Of a DNA stretch of 64,000 nt, positions 19,707 through 28,927 are shown in pieces. Numbering within the stretch: the first letter of the stretch is position 1; the number at the start of each line of letters is the position of its first letter. The notes beneath the pieces were generated by a model, which saw nothing but the letters and a program-made list of their open reading frames with translations, had not been told where the DNA came from and did no database searches. The DNA is taken from the NCBI GenBank assembly GCA_040905025.1, contig JBBDSJ010000126.1, positions 5,833 through 69,832 of the forward strand, in the 5' to 3' direction. This DNA comes from Gammaproteobacteria bacterium. GTDB taxonomy: Bacteria; Pseudomonadota; Gammaproteobacteria; Methylohalomonadales; Methylohalomonadaceae. Position numbers and translations under genes: made by a program.

Positions 19707-21704
19707 ATGCTGAAATTCCGCACCACACCCAAACCGCCACTGGTACGCGTTGCCTTGCTGTGGCTGGCGCTGGCGCTGACATTGGCAGTCGTCGCCCAGT
19801 TCCCGCACACCCCGGTCTGGGTACCGGCCGCCTGCCTGCTGTTACTCGGCTGGAAACTGTTACTGGTTTTCTGGCCACCGCTTAAACGCCTGCAATCAGC
19901 CGCCATTATCCGGTTGCTGCATAACATGCTGGCATTGCTGCTCATCATTGGTGTGTACATGAATTTCGGTACACTGCTCGGCCGCGATGCCGGCGTGGCA
20001 TTGTTGATCGTACTGACCGGTTTCAAGTTTCTGGAAGCGCATACCACCCGTGATCAATATGTCACCACGGCGCTGGCACTGTTTTTGATCGTTACCCACT
20101 TCTTTTATTCACAGACATTGTTGACGGGCGGCTGGATGCTGGTTGTTGTGCTGCTGCTGGTCACAACGCTGGTCAGTCTGAACGATCCGTATCAGGTACT
20201 ACCGGTACGTCAGAAAATGAAACTCAGCGGCATGCTGATTGCGCAGGCACTGCCATTAATGCTGATTGCTTTTGTATTTTTTCCGCGCGCACCCGGCCCA
20301 CTCTGGGGTTTGCCGGATGACGCGCACAGCGGTATGACCGGCCTCAGTGATGAAATGGTGCCCGGCAGTATCAGCCAGCTCGGCCAGTCTGATGAAGTCG
20401 CATTCCGGGTAGAGTTTCGCGACGTCGTACCGGAAAAGTCCGAGCTTTACTGGCGCGGACCTGTACTCTGGGATACCGATGGCCGCAAGTGGACACGTGG
20501 CCAAAGCCGCATCAAGGGACTGGCAGAAATTCATAACCAGGGCATTCCGGTCAGTTACAGCATCACCATTGAACCACACGACGAACAATGGATTTTCGCA
20601 CTCGATATGCCGGAAAAAGCCCCTGACGGTACCCGGCTGACACGTGATTTTCAGATGCTGGCGGACAAACCGATCCGCAGGCGCGACCGTTACGATCTGG
20701 TTGCGTTTCCCGACTACACCACCAGCGGCGCCGATCCGGCTGACTTCGAACGCGCACTGGCACTGCCAGCCAACCGCCATCCGCGTGCCGTCGCACTTGG
20801 CAAACGCTGGCGTGAGAATAATCCTGATATCGAGAGTATTGTCGACAAGGCGCTGACACTGTTTCGTGAACAGGAGTTTTTTTACACGTTGGCGCCGCCA
20901 CTGATGACCGACGATCCAGTTGACGAGTTTCTGTTCGACATACGCGAAGGATTCTGTGAGCACTACGCGGCAGCACTCACGATCCTGATGCGTGCGGCCG
21001 GTATTCCGGCGCGTGTAGTAACCGGCTATCAGGGCGGTCAGATTAATCCGGTCGGCGACTACCTGATCGTGCGGCAATATGACGCGCATGCCTGGGTCGA
21101 AATCTGGCAGGATGATCAGGGCTGGCAACGCGTCGATCCAACGGCGGCCGTATCACCGGCACGCATTCGCAGCGGCATCAGTAGCGCATTACCGGACAAT
21201 CTTATTGATGTGCCGTTGGGCTTGTCGCGCGGTTCGTTTGCGGCTGAATTGTTGCAGCAATTGCGCGATAACTGGGATGCCGTCAACAATCAGTGGAACC
21301 AGTGGGTGCTGGGTTACAGCCAGTCACGGCAACTGGAATTGCTCGGCAAAATCGGGATCGGCAACGGTGGTTGGCGCGAACTCGCCACCTGGCTGGCCGG
21401 TATTATTGCGACACTATTCATATTGCTGGCGCTGAGTCTGCTGCGGCCGCAATCACGGCAACTGGATCAGGCCCGGCGCTATTACGAACAATTCTGCAAA
21501 AAACTCGCCCGTCACGGTATTCAACGCTACAGTCATGAAGGCCCGCGCGATTTCGCCCGGCGCGCAATAACAGATATCGGCCAACAGTCTGGCAGCATCG
21601 AAGAGATTACCGATCGTTACATTGAAGTCCGTTATCTCGGTCATACTGACAAACTGCATTCCCTGCGTGATGCCGTGAAACGTTTCAGTCCGTCACGCCA
21701 ATAA
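19707..21704 (+). CDS. transglutaminase-like membrane protein (TgpA-like)
   Basis: 665 aa. It has an N-terminal multi-TM region and a transglutaminase core (EGFCEHYAAALTILMRAAGIPARVVTGY ... DAHAWVE), plus a C-terminal TM. Confidence 0.85.
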   Translation: MLKFRTTPKPPLVRVALLWLALALTLAVVAQFPHTPVWVPAACLLLLGWKLLLVFWPPLKRLQSAAIIRLLHNMLALLLIIGVYMNFGTLLGRDAGVALLIVLTGFKFLEAHTTRDQYVTTALALFLIVTHFFYSQTLLTGGWMLVVVLLLVTTLVSLNDPYQVLPVRQKMKLSGMLIAQALPLMLIAFVFFPRAPGPLWGLPDDAHSGMTGLSDEMVPGSISQLGQSDEVAFRVEFRDVVPEKSELYWRGPVLWDTDGRKWTRGQSRIKGLAEIHNQGIPVSYSITIEPHDEQWIFALDMPEKAPDGTRLTRDFQMLADKPIRRRDRYDLVAFPDYTTSGADPADFERALALPANRHPRAVALGKRWRENNPDIESIVDKALTLFREQEFFYTLAPPLMTDDPVDEFLFDIREGFCEHYAAALTILMRAAGIPARVVTGYQGGQINPVGDYLIVRQYDAHAWVEIWQDDQGWQRVDPTAAVSPARIRSGISSALPDNLIDVPLGLSRGSFAAELLQQLRDNWDAVNNQWNQWVLGYSQSRQLELLGKIGIGNGGWRELATWLAGIIATLFILLALSLLRPQSRQLDQARRYYEQFCKKLARHGIQRYSHEGPRDFARRAITDIGQQSGSIEEITDRYIEVRYLGHTDKLHSLRDAVKRFSPSRQ

Positions 21705-21715
21705 ACTAAATTCAT

Positions 21716-21752
21716 ACCCCCTCCCCTCGTGGGAGGGGGTTAGGGGGAGGGT
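21716..21752 (+). repeat. C-run/G-run hairpin followed by a G-tract block
   Basis: accccctccc ctcgt gggagggggt forms a 10-bp stem. It continues as ttagggggaggg. The G-rich half resembles the 3' half of the element at 45406-45470. Confidence 0.5.
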
Positions 21753-21776
21753 GTCTATCTTTAAGACCATTTCCAG

Positions 21777-21846
21777 GGAAGCTCTGGGCAGTGGCGCATG
21801 GATGCGCCGGTTACGAAACCAAAGGACGTAATAAATCAGAGGTTCC
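21777..21846. repeat. MITE/REP-like modular repeat, copy B (short)
   Basis: ggaagctctgggcagtggcgcatggatgcgccggttacgaaaccaaaggacgtaataaatcagaggttcc. Its internal module is the reverse complement of the one in copy D. Confidence 0.8.
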
Positions 21847-21876
21847 CTAACAACAAGCCGGCATTCAGGACTAACT

Positions 21877-23706
21877 TCAGTCGCTCGCGAACTGCAGTTT
21901 ATGCAAGCGCGCATAAAAACCGTTTTGTGCAATCAGCTCATTATGACTGCCGGTTTCGACAATCCGGCCCTGATCCATAACGATGAGCCGATCCGCCTGC
22001 TGCACGGTACTCAATCGATGCGCGATGATAATACAGGTACGGCCCTGCATGACCGCCTGCATGGCGAGCTGGAATTGCTGCTCTGATTCAGAGTCCAGCG
22101 CTGAAGTCGCCTCATCCAGAATCAGTATCGGTGCGTCTTTTAACAAGGCGCGGGCAATCGCCAGCCGCTGGCGCTGCCCGCCTGACAAGCCCAGACCCCG
22201 GCCACCGATCACGGTATCCAGTCCGCGCGGCAACGCGCTGATGAAATCCAGCGCCTGCGCGGCTTTGGCGGCCGCAACAATCTTTTCTTCACTGCTGTCA
22301 TTCAACGCGCCGAAGGCAATATTGTTGCGCACAGTATCATTCAGCAGAACGACATCCTGACGCACCATGGCAATATTTTGCCGCAATGAATCCAGTGTGA
22401 TGTCACGGCTATCGACAGCGTCGATTAACATGCGACCGATATTCGGTTCGTAAAAGCGCGGGATCAGGCTGACCAGTGTGCTCTTGCCACTGCCTGATGC
22501 GCCTACAAGCGCTACCGATTCACCCGGCGCTATCGTGATATTGATGTCCTGCACGGCAAATCCACGTTCAGCGTTATAGCTGAAACTGACCTGCTCGAAT
22601 TTCAGTTCACCCCGGGCACGGCCCAGAACCGTTTTACCCAAGTCCGGCTCCGGTGTGCTATCGATCAAATCAAATACCCGCTCGGCGGCAGCCAGACCAC
22701 GCTGTAAAAATTCGTTCAGCGTTGCCAGATGTTTTAACGGCGTCAGCAATAATGCCATCGCCGTGAAAAAAGAAATAAAACTGCCCACGGTCATCAACTC
22801 ACGCTGCGCCAGCTGCGCGCCGAGATAGACAATGGCCGCCAGTGCGAGCGCCGCAATCATTTGCACGATCGGACTGCTGGCTACCGCCGCCATCCCGAAT
22901 TTCACGCTGTAACGCCGGTGTTTGTTCGCCACATCCATAAAATGCTGCAAGGCTTGCGACTGCGCAGCATAAAGTTTCATCTCGCGGGTCGCATGCAATG
23001 ATTCATCCAGTTCATGATGAATCTCGCCCATGGTTTCCTGTACAACGCGACTCATGCGCCGCAGGCGTTTACGGATCAGCGACATGCTGATCACAATCAA
23101 CGGACCGGCCAGCAGCACCGCAAGCGTCAGTTGCCAGTTCAAATAGAACATCCAGGCGAGCAAACCGATCACGGCCAGTGCGTCACGCAACAGCACGGTC
23201 AGGGCATAGGTGCTGGCTTCCTTGAGCTGGGTGACATCATAGGTAAACCGCGACATCAGTGTACCGGCCGAATGCTGGTCAAAGTAGTGAATCGGCAACA
23301 GCGTCATGCGCTTGAACATGTCCCGGCGCAAATCCAGAATTACCCGGTTCGATACCCAGTGCAGCGCACCGCCGCTGAAAAAACTGGCCACGGCGCGGAC
23401 AGCAAACACAACCACCAGCAACACCGGTACCATCACCATCGTGCGTGGATCCTGATCGATGAATGCGCCATCGAACATCGGCTCCATCAACGCGGCAATC
23501 GCCGGATTCGTCGCCGCGACGATAACCATTGCCAGCACGGCCACCAGAAACTGCGGCCGGTACGGGCCAACATAGCCGAGCAGGCGCCGGTACAGGCGAT
23601 AATCAGAAGCGGACGACGGGGCGGGCTGTTTACCGGAACGCGGCGCTGTGGCTGAATCGACACCCGCGGGTTGCGGATCGGCCGGTTGATCAGATTGAGT
23701 AGACAT
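21877..23706 (-). CDS. msbA: lipid A export ABC transporter permease/ATPase MsbA
   Basis: 609 aa with six-TM and NBD architecture. Walker A is GASGSGKST, the signature is LSGGQRQR and Walker B is ILILDEATSALD. Confidence 0.9.
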   Translation of the reverse strand: MSTQSDQPADPQPAGVDSATAPRSGKQPAPSSASDYRLYRRLLGYVGPYRPQFLVAVLAMVIVAATNPAIAALMEPMFDGAFIDQDPRTMVMVPVLLVVVFAVRAVASFFSGGALHWVSNRVILDLRRDMFKRMTLLPIHYFDQHSAGTLMSRFTYDVTQLKEASTYALTVLLRDALAVIGLLAWMFYLNWQLTLAVLLAGPLIVISMSLIRKRLRRMSRVVQETMGEIHHELDESLHATREMKLYAAQSQALQHFMDVANKHRRYSVKFGMAAVASSPIVQMIAALALAAIVYLGAQLAQRELMTVGSFISFFTAMALLLTPLKHLATLNEFLQRGLAAAERVFDLIDSTPEPDLGKTVLGRARGELKFEQVSFSYNAERGFAVQDINITIAPGESVALVGASGSGKSTLVSLIPRFYEPNIGRMLIDAVDSRDITLDSLRQNIAMVRQDVVLLNDTVRNNIAFGALNDSSEEKIVAAAKAAQALDFISALPRGLDTVIGGRGLGLSGGQRQRLAIARALLKDAPILILDEATSALDSESEQQFQLAMQAVMQGRTCIIIAHRLSTVQQADRLIVMDQGRIVETGSHNELIAQNGFYARLHKLQFASD

Positions 23707-23842
23707 GATGGGGCGGGATTATAGCGCAGGCAGGCTGTTTTCACTGATGTCAGTCATCCACGCTTTATCCCGGCGTTGCCGTGGCTGGCGGCGACGGCAA
23801 TAAATGCCTATGCTGTCAGGCCGCCGTAAGAGACCGTAATGC

Positions 23843-24712
23843 ATGTCCAGAAACCATCCAGTCGTCGCCGTCACCGGCTCGTCCGGTGCCGGCACCAGTA
23901 ACGTCAAACGTGCGTTTGAGCATATCTTTCGCATTGAGCGCCTGCGTGCGGCTGTTGTCGAGGGTGACAGCTACCATCGCTATGATCGGGAAACCATGGA
24001 CAAGAAAGCGCGCCGGGCCAAATTCCAGGGCAAGCGCCTGACGCACTTCGGCCCGGAAGGTAATCTGTTTGAGGAACTGGAAAAACTGTTCCGGCTGTAT
24101 GGTGAAAATGGCCGTGGCCGGCGCCGGCATTACATCCACAACGAGGAAGAAGCCGCCGAACATGGACAGTCACCCGGTACGCTGACAGCGTGGGAGTCAC
24201 TGCCGGAGGACACCGATCTGCTGTTGTATGAGGGCCTGCACGGTGGCGTGGTCACCGACAAGGTCGATGTGCGCAAACATGTGGATCTGCTCATCGGTGT
24301 CGCTCCCATCATTAATCTGGAGTGGATCCAGAAAATCTGCCGCGATCAGGCCGGCCGCGGTTACTCGGCAGATGATGCCACGCAAATGATCCTGAGCCGC
24401 ATGTATGACTATGTTCATTACATCCTGCCGCAGTTTTCGCTGACAGATATCAATTTCCAGCGCCTGCCGACCATTGATACGTCCAACCCGTTTGCCATGG
24501 AGAGTATCCCGACCGACGAGCAGAGCCTCTGGATTATTCATATCCGCAACCCGCGCCGGATTGGCGTCGATTACGAACAACTGCTGAAAATGATCGAAGG
24601 CTCCTTCATGTCAGCGGCCGACACTATTGTTGTCCCGGCGGCCAAAAAGACCTACGCCATGCAGCTGATCACCAGTCCAGTCATCCACCAGATGATGGCG
24701 GAACGCTATTAG
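23843..24712 (+). CDS. prk: phosphoribulokinase
   Basis: 289 aa. The N-terminal P-loop is VAVTGSSGAGTS. EGDSYHRYDR and the overall sequence are typical of bacterial PRK (CbbP). Confidence 0.9.
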   Translation: MSRNHPVVAVTGSSGAGTSNVKRAFEHIFRIERLRAAVVEGDSYHRYDRETMDKKARRAKFQGKRLTHFGPEGNLFEELEKLFRLYGENGRGRRRHYIHNEEEAAEHGQSPGTLTAWESLPEDTDLLLYEGLHGGVVTDKVDVRKHVDLLIGVAPIINLEWIQKICRDQAGRGYSADDATQMILSRMYDYVHYILPQFSLTDINFQRLPTIDTSNPFAMESIPTDEQSLWIIHIRNPRRIGVDYEQLLKMIEGSFMSAADTIVVPAAKKTYAMQLITSPVIHQMMAERY

Positions 24713-24853
24713 CTACGGCCATAACCGGTTGGGCATGAATTCAGCTGGCGAAAAGCGCTATACTTTCAGCCAGTTGTGCCGGGCATGGCAATTATTGCCG
24801 CTTTTTCAACGTCAGCAGGCCGGGATGGAAGTACTTCCCAGCAAGGAGATGGC

Positions 24854-25507
24854 ATGCGTTCGATACTCGTTTTGAACCCCAAAGGGGGCTGCGGTAAAAG
24901 TACACTGGCGATGAATATCGCCGCATTTTTTGCCCTGCAGGGGCATAAAACGGCGCTCGCCGACTGCGATCCACAGGGCTCCTGCAATGACTGGCTGGCG
25001 GTGCGGCCTGAAGACCGCCCGACTATCTACAAAGCCAGCATCTCCGGCAAAAATACAGATAAGCCCCGCGCTACTGATGTTCTGGTGATTGATTCACCGG
25101 CCGCCACCCACGGCGCCAAACTCGTCAATCTGCTCAAACACGCCGAAACCGTCGTTGTGCCGGTGTTGCCATCGGCCATCGACATGCGGGCGGTTGAACA
25201 TTTCCTGCAGGAGCTGGTGGAGGTCAAACGGGTACTCCAGAAAAAGGTCAAGCTCGCGACGGTTGCCAATCGAGTCCGTGAAGACACGCTGGCGGCGGCG
25301 AAGCTCGAGAACTATCTCGATCACATCAAGCTGCCGAACGGTGTCAAACTGCAATACATGGCGATCCTGCGTAACAGCCAGAACTATGTTCACGCCGCCG
25401 AGCAGGGCCTGAGTATTTTTGAACTGCCGCCGTCACGCACCTACTACGATCAGGAACAATGGGATCCGTTACTGCGCTGGCTGAACAGTGCCCGCAGTCA
25501 GCCTTGA
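24854..25507 (+). CDS. ParA/MinD-family P-loop ATPase (orphan)
   Basis: AAGGAG lies 6 nt before ATG 24854. The deviant Walker A is NPKGGCGKST. CDPQGS and VIDSPA motifs are present. Confidence 0.8.
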   Translation: MRSILVLNPKGGCGKSTLAMNIAAFFALQGHKTALADCDPQGSCNDWLAVRPEDRPTIYKASISGKNTDKPRATDVLVIDSPAATHGAKLVNLLKHAETVVVPVLPSAIDMRAVEHFLQELVEVKRVLQKKVKLATVANRVREDTLAAAKLENYLDHIKLPNGVKLQYMAILRNSQNYVHAAEQGLSIFELPPSRTYYDQEQWDPLLRWLNSARSQP

Positions 25508-25609
25508 TTGTAGATCGCCTTGCGGACTATCAACCGGCACTCAATCAGCTTAATCAGATCTTCTATCCAGCTAGCATCTATCCATCTATAATTAAAGATA
25601 AATAGAAGA

Positions 25610-25669
25610 CACGGACAGCCCGGTGATTGTCGGGGTAAACAATCAATGGGGGAAGGTGGGCTGTCCGTG
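25610..25669 (+). other. nested-hairpin element, copy 1 (candidate structured RNA or repeat)
   Basis: The outer 12-bp stem is cacggacagccc / gggctgtccgtg. The inner 6-bp stem gattgt / acaatc closes loop cggggtaa. ATGGGGG follows, with an A8 run after the stem. Confidence 0.5.
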
Positions 25670-25819
25670 AAAAAAAATTGATTATTTGGCTGTTATTGCA
25701 ATCATCACCAGCCAGCGTGCCGATTTGGATTAGTCATGGCTTTTGACCTCCATCATTAACTACACTAATACAGATGAGAGTCACCGGAGAATGTTACAGA
25801 TAGCCGGGCATTAAATTAT

Positions 25820-26014
25820 GGAAGCTCTGAATAATTCCTTCCTGGAATTCTCAGAGCACGAGCAGTGCTACATGGATGTAGCGGTCACGTAGCAAAGGAC
25901 GCAACATCGAAAATGTGATTTTTGTATTTCTTCATTTTTCAATCACTTGTGTGATTGAAAAATGGCGGCACTTCCTTGTGCCGCAGGAACCTCTAAATTA
26001 ATCAGAGGTTCCTT
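25820..26014. repeat. MITE/REP-like modular repeat, copy C (long)
   Basis: Starts ggaagctctgaataattc. It carries the modules of copy A plus the cgaaaat and ttcaatcacttgtgtgattgaa hairpins. It ends ggaacctctaaattaatcagaggttcc. Confidence 0.8.
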
Positions 26015-26040
26015 ACTATTTGTGATATGCGCTTTCGCTT

Positions 26041-26060
26041 GAAGAACCTCTGATTAATTA
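26041..26060. repeat. solo terminal half-site of the repeat family
   Basis: gaagaacctctgattaatta matches the family end sequence without a partner end nearby. Confidence 0.5.
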
Positions 26061-26310
26061 CACCCATCGCTATGTCAAAGTTGCATCAATGCATCAACAC
26101 TCGAAAGTTCCTGCTGTACTGGGAACTGCCGCTTCTCAGCCATCTAAACGATTGAACCTGCGCTACTTATAGCAGGCTCGGGAATCCTCATTCATCCCAT
26201 AGGTAGATCCGGGGCATTTTGCTGCTTTGCCACCACAAACAAGCCTGCGGCAATTTGTCGCATTTATTATCAATCCAGCAGTAATTAAAGTGCAGCGTCA
26301 TATCAATCAG

Positions 26311-26450
26311 GGAACCTCTGATTAATTACGTCCTTTGGTTTCGTAACCGGCGCATCCATGCGCCACTGCCCAGTGGTTCCTGCGGTACACGGATGTGCTG
26401 CTTACCGAGCTAAGGATGCATAATTCCAGGGTGGAATTATTCAAAGCTTC
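26311..26450. repeat. MITE/REP-like modular repeat, copy D (inverted relative to A/B)
   Basis: Starts ggaacctctgattaattacgtcctttgg and ends gaattattcaaagcttc. It contains the reverse complement of the copy B module. Confidence 0.8.
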
Positions 26451-26544
26451 TTTAGTTATGACAGTACGTACCGTTGCTGCAACAACCTCTTTATTGATCA
26501 TCAGGTTCCTTAACCTGAGACGGATCACACGGATAAACCAGCTT

Positions 26545-28647
26545 ATGTATTCACAATGTTTAAACCATTGCGGTATTCTGACGGTAATATTATCTATCCT
26601 GATGAGCACGAAGGTTGCGGCTAACCATGACGAACCGCTGAACCTGCAATCCATGATCGTGTCAGAACAGGCTGTCAGTTTGACAATTCCTGGCACTGAC
26701 TCGGCCAGGGAGGCCTTGGCCAAGGTTCCCGGCGGCACGACCCTGCTCACCCCGGATATGTATGACAGCGGCCCGACCAGCAACCTCCAGGATGTACTTG
26801 AATTTGCACCAGGTGTTTACGCCAGCAACCGCGGCGGCGATGAGGTCCGTTTATCTATCCGCGGTTCTGGCCTGTCTCAGGCATTCGCAGTCAAGGGAAT
26901 ACGCTACCTGCGCAACGGCCTGCCGATCAGCGAGGCCGATGGCGATTTTCATTCCCAGTCCATCGAACCCCTGACCGCTCAACATATTGAAATTTATCGC
27001 GGCGCCAACGCCATGGCTTATGGCGCAACCACCCTCGGAGGTGCAATCAATTTCGTCACTCATACCGGCTACACAGCTACTCCTCTGAAACTGCGCCTCG
27101 AGGCCGGCAGTGATGATCACCTGCGATCGCAGATCAGCGGCGGTCAGGTGCTTGACAATGGCTGGGACTATTACGGCTCGTTTTCTGGCTCCTATCTGGA
27201 TGGTTTCCGCGATCAAAGCGAAACCGACAGTACGCGCTTTTACGGCAACCTTGGCCAGCGCTGGAATGAGAAACATGAATCACGCTTGCACGTCGATATT
27301 CAAAACCATAATCAGGAGTTGCCGGGCGGCATCACCCTTGCCGACCTGGCCGTAGATCCCAGCCGCGCCAGCGGCTTCTTTGAAACTTTCAATTCCCAGA
27401 ATAATTTTGATCGCTACCGGCTGGAACTGCAACACAGCATGAACCTGCGCCAGGCCGATCACCTCGACGTAGGCGTGTATGCCGAAACACAGTCCATCGA
27501 TCATCCACTTGGCTTCGGTATTTTTGATGAAGACCAGGATAACTACGGCCTCAGCCTGCGCCATGAAATCGTGTCGCATCCCGGTGGCCGCAGCAATACC
27601 TTCACCTGGGGCGGGCTGGTGGCCGTGGGCGAAGTCGATCTGCGCGAATTTACGCCCCTGCCGGGGGCTGTGCGCGGCCCGCTGCGGCAAATCGAAACCA
27701 GCGAAGTGTTGACCGCCGAGTGGTTTGCCGAAAACGACTGGGAGTTCACCCATAACTGGACTTTGGTAACCGGCCTGCAGCTCGCCTATGCCGAGCGGGA
27801 AACTGATTTCATCGATCCGGTCAGCCCTGCCCGCACAGAATTGAGCGCCGACTATACCGGTATCAGCCCGAAACTGGGTTTGGTCTGGCAAGTCTACCCG
27901 ACCGTCCAGCTGTTCTCTAACCTAAGCCGCAGCTTCGAGCCTCCTATTCTGGCGGAATTCAACAATGCTTTTGATCCGGCCACCAATACAGTCAACCCGG
28001 CACTACGGCTGGAAGAGCAGACTGCCACCACGCTGGAAATCGGTAGCCGCGGTGCGCTTGGTGATGTGTTGAACTGGGAACTGGCGTTGTATCATAGCGC
28101 GGTCAACGACGAGCTACTCACAGTCGAGGTCAATCTGCCGGGAGCCCGGTTTGCGACGGCCAACGCCGATGACACTACACATTCCGGCGTGGAGTTGGGG
28201 CTCGACGGACAGATGGCACTGGATCCTTTGGTGCCCGGCCACATCCGCTGGCGCAGCGCCTTCACCTACAATCGCTTCCGGTTTGACGATGACCCGGCCT
28301 TCGGCGACAACACCCTGCCGGGCATACCGGACTACTTCGGCAGTGCCGAATTCATCTACCATCACCCGCGTGGTTTCTATCTGGGCCCCACACTGACTTT
28401 TGCCAGCGACTTTTACATCGACTTCGCTAACACCTTCGAGGCACCAGGTTTTGTGCTCATCGGCTTTCGGGGCGGCTACGCCGATCCGCGCGATCGTTTC
28501 CGGCTGTTCGTCGAGGGCCGCAACCTTGAAGACGACGCTTTTGTTGCCAATACCAGTACGGTGCCCGATGCCGGCGGCCGCGACCAGACGGTATTCAACC
28601 CCGGCCAGGGGCGGGCATTTTTCGGTGGCATTGAAATACGGTTTTGA
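26545..28647 (+). CDS. TonB-dependent outer-membrane receptor
   Basis: The ORF-track start at 26395 lies inside repeat D. ATG 26545 gives a signal peptide (ILTVILSILMSTKVAA). Plug-domain motifs are present (LEFAPGVY, IRGSG, EIYRGANAM) and the protein ends in a C-terminal Phe (IEIRF). Confidence 0.85.
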   Translation: MYSQCLNHCGILTVILSILMSTKVAANHDEPLNLQSMIVSEQAVSLTIPGTDSAREALAKVPGGTTLLTPDMYDSGPTSNLQDVLEFAPGVYASNRGGDEVRLSIRGSGLSQAFAVKGIRYLRNGLPISEADGDFHSQSIEPLTAQHIEIYRGANAMAYGATTLGGAINFVTHTGYTATPLKLRLEAGSDDHLRSQISGGQVLDNGWDYYGSFSGSYLDGFRDQSETDSTRFYGNLGQRWNEKHESRLHVDIQNHNQELPGGITLADLAVDPSRASGFFETFNSQNNFDRYRLELQHSMNLRQADHLDVGVYAETQSIDHPLGFGIFDEDQDNYGLSLRHEIVSHPGGRSNTFTWGGLVAVGEVDLREFTPLPGAVRGPLRQIETSEVLTAEWFAENDWEFTHNWTLVTGLQLAYAERETDFIDPVSPARTELSADYTGISPKLGLVWQVYPTVQLFSNLSRSFEPPILAEFNNAFDPATNTVNPALRLEEQTATTLEIGSRGALGDVLNWELALYHSAVNDELLTVEVNLPGARFATANADDTTHSGVELGLDGQMALDPLVPGHIRWRSAFTYNRFRFDDDPAFGDNTLPGIPDYFGSAEFIYHHPRGFYLGPTLTFASDFYIDFANTFEAPGFVLIGFRGGYADPRDRFRLFVEGRNLEDDAFVANTSTVPDAGGRDQTVFNPGQGRAFFGGIEIRF

Positions 28648-28692
28648 ATTTGCCGCAGCAATCAGCGCCGAGCATCTCGCGGATCTTGGCAA

Positions 28693-28884
28693 GACCGATA
28701 CGCCTGCAAAAAGCGTACGCAGATCGACCTCCTGGTGATGCCGGGTACCAATGAAGCCGGCGGCGACCTGGCCGGTAATTGCCAGCACAGGGGGATGGCC
28801 CAACCGGGCATCGTAAAGTTCATTAAGCAGATGAATAGCCCCGGGGCCGAAGGTACCAAAACAGACAGGCTGAGAGGCAACCGG
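28693..28884 (-). pseudogene. fragment (~64 codons) of a thiamine-diphosphate enzyme, PoxB/acetolactate-synthase-like N-terminal domain
   Basis: The frame reads CFGTFGPGAIHLLNELYDARLGHPPVLAITGQVAAGFIGTRHHQEVDLRTLF, which is the classic TPP_enzyme_N segment. There is a stop immediately upstream and no similarity further downstream. Confidence 0.6.
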
Positions 28885-28927
28885 TTAACCTGGCCTCAGC
28901 CGCAGCAGCGCAGGCAGCGCCAAACTA

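Noticed and set aside
20256-21128. 290-aa minus-strand ORF. The same class includes 41860-42744 (294 aa), 39195-39866, 27280-27891, 28114-28803, 11226-11900, 18921-19508 and 41056-41742.
   Set aside because: All are antisense to well-supported genes (tgpA-like, the pyrK-like/methyltransferase pair, pyrB, the TonB-dependent receptor, the molybdoenzyme, DUF58, pyrC'). None has a recognisable domain, so I treat them as shadow ORFs. The only meaningful part of 28114-28803 is the TPP-enzyme fragment reported separately.
24854-25507. ParA-like ATPase next to phosphoribulokinase as a carboxysome-positioning McdA
   Set aside because: No small McdB-like gene follows it (only repeats do). There are no carboxysome shell or RuBisCO genes in the window. 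The canonical KGGxGKS Walker A does not discriminate. This is pure guilt-by-association with prk.
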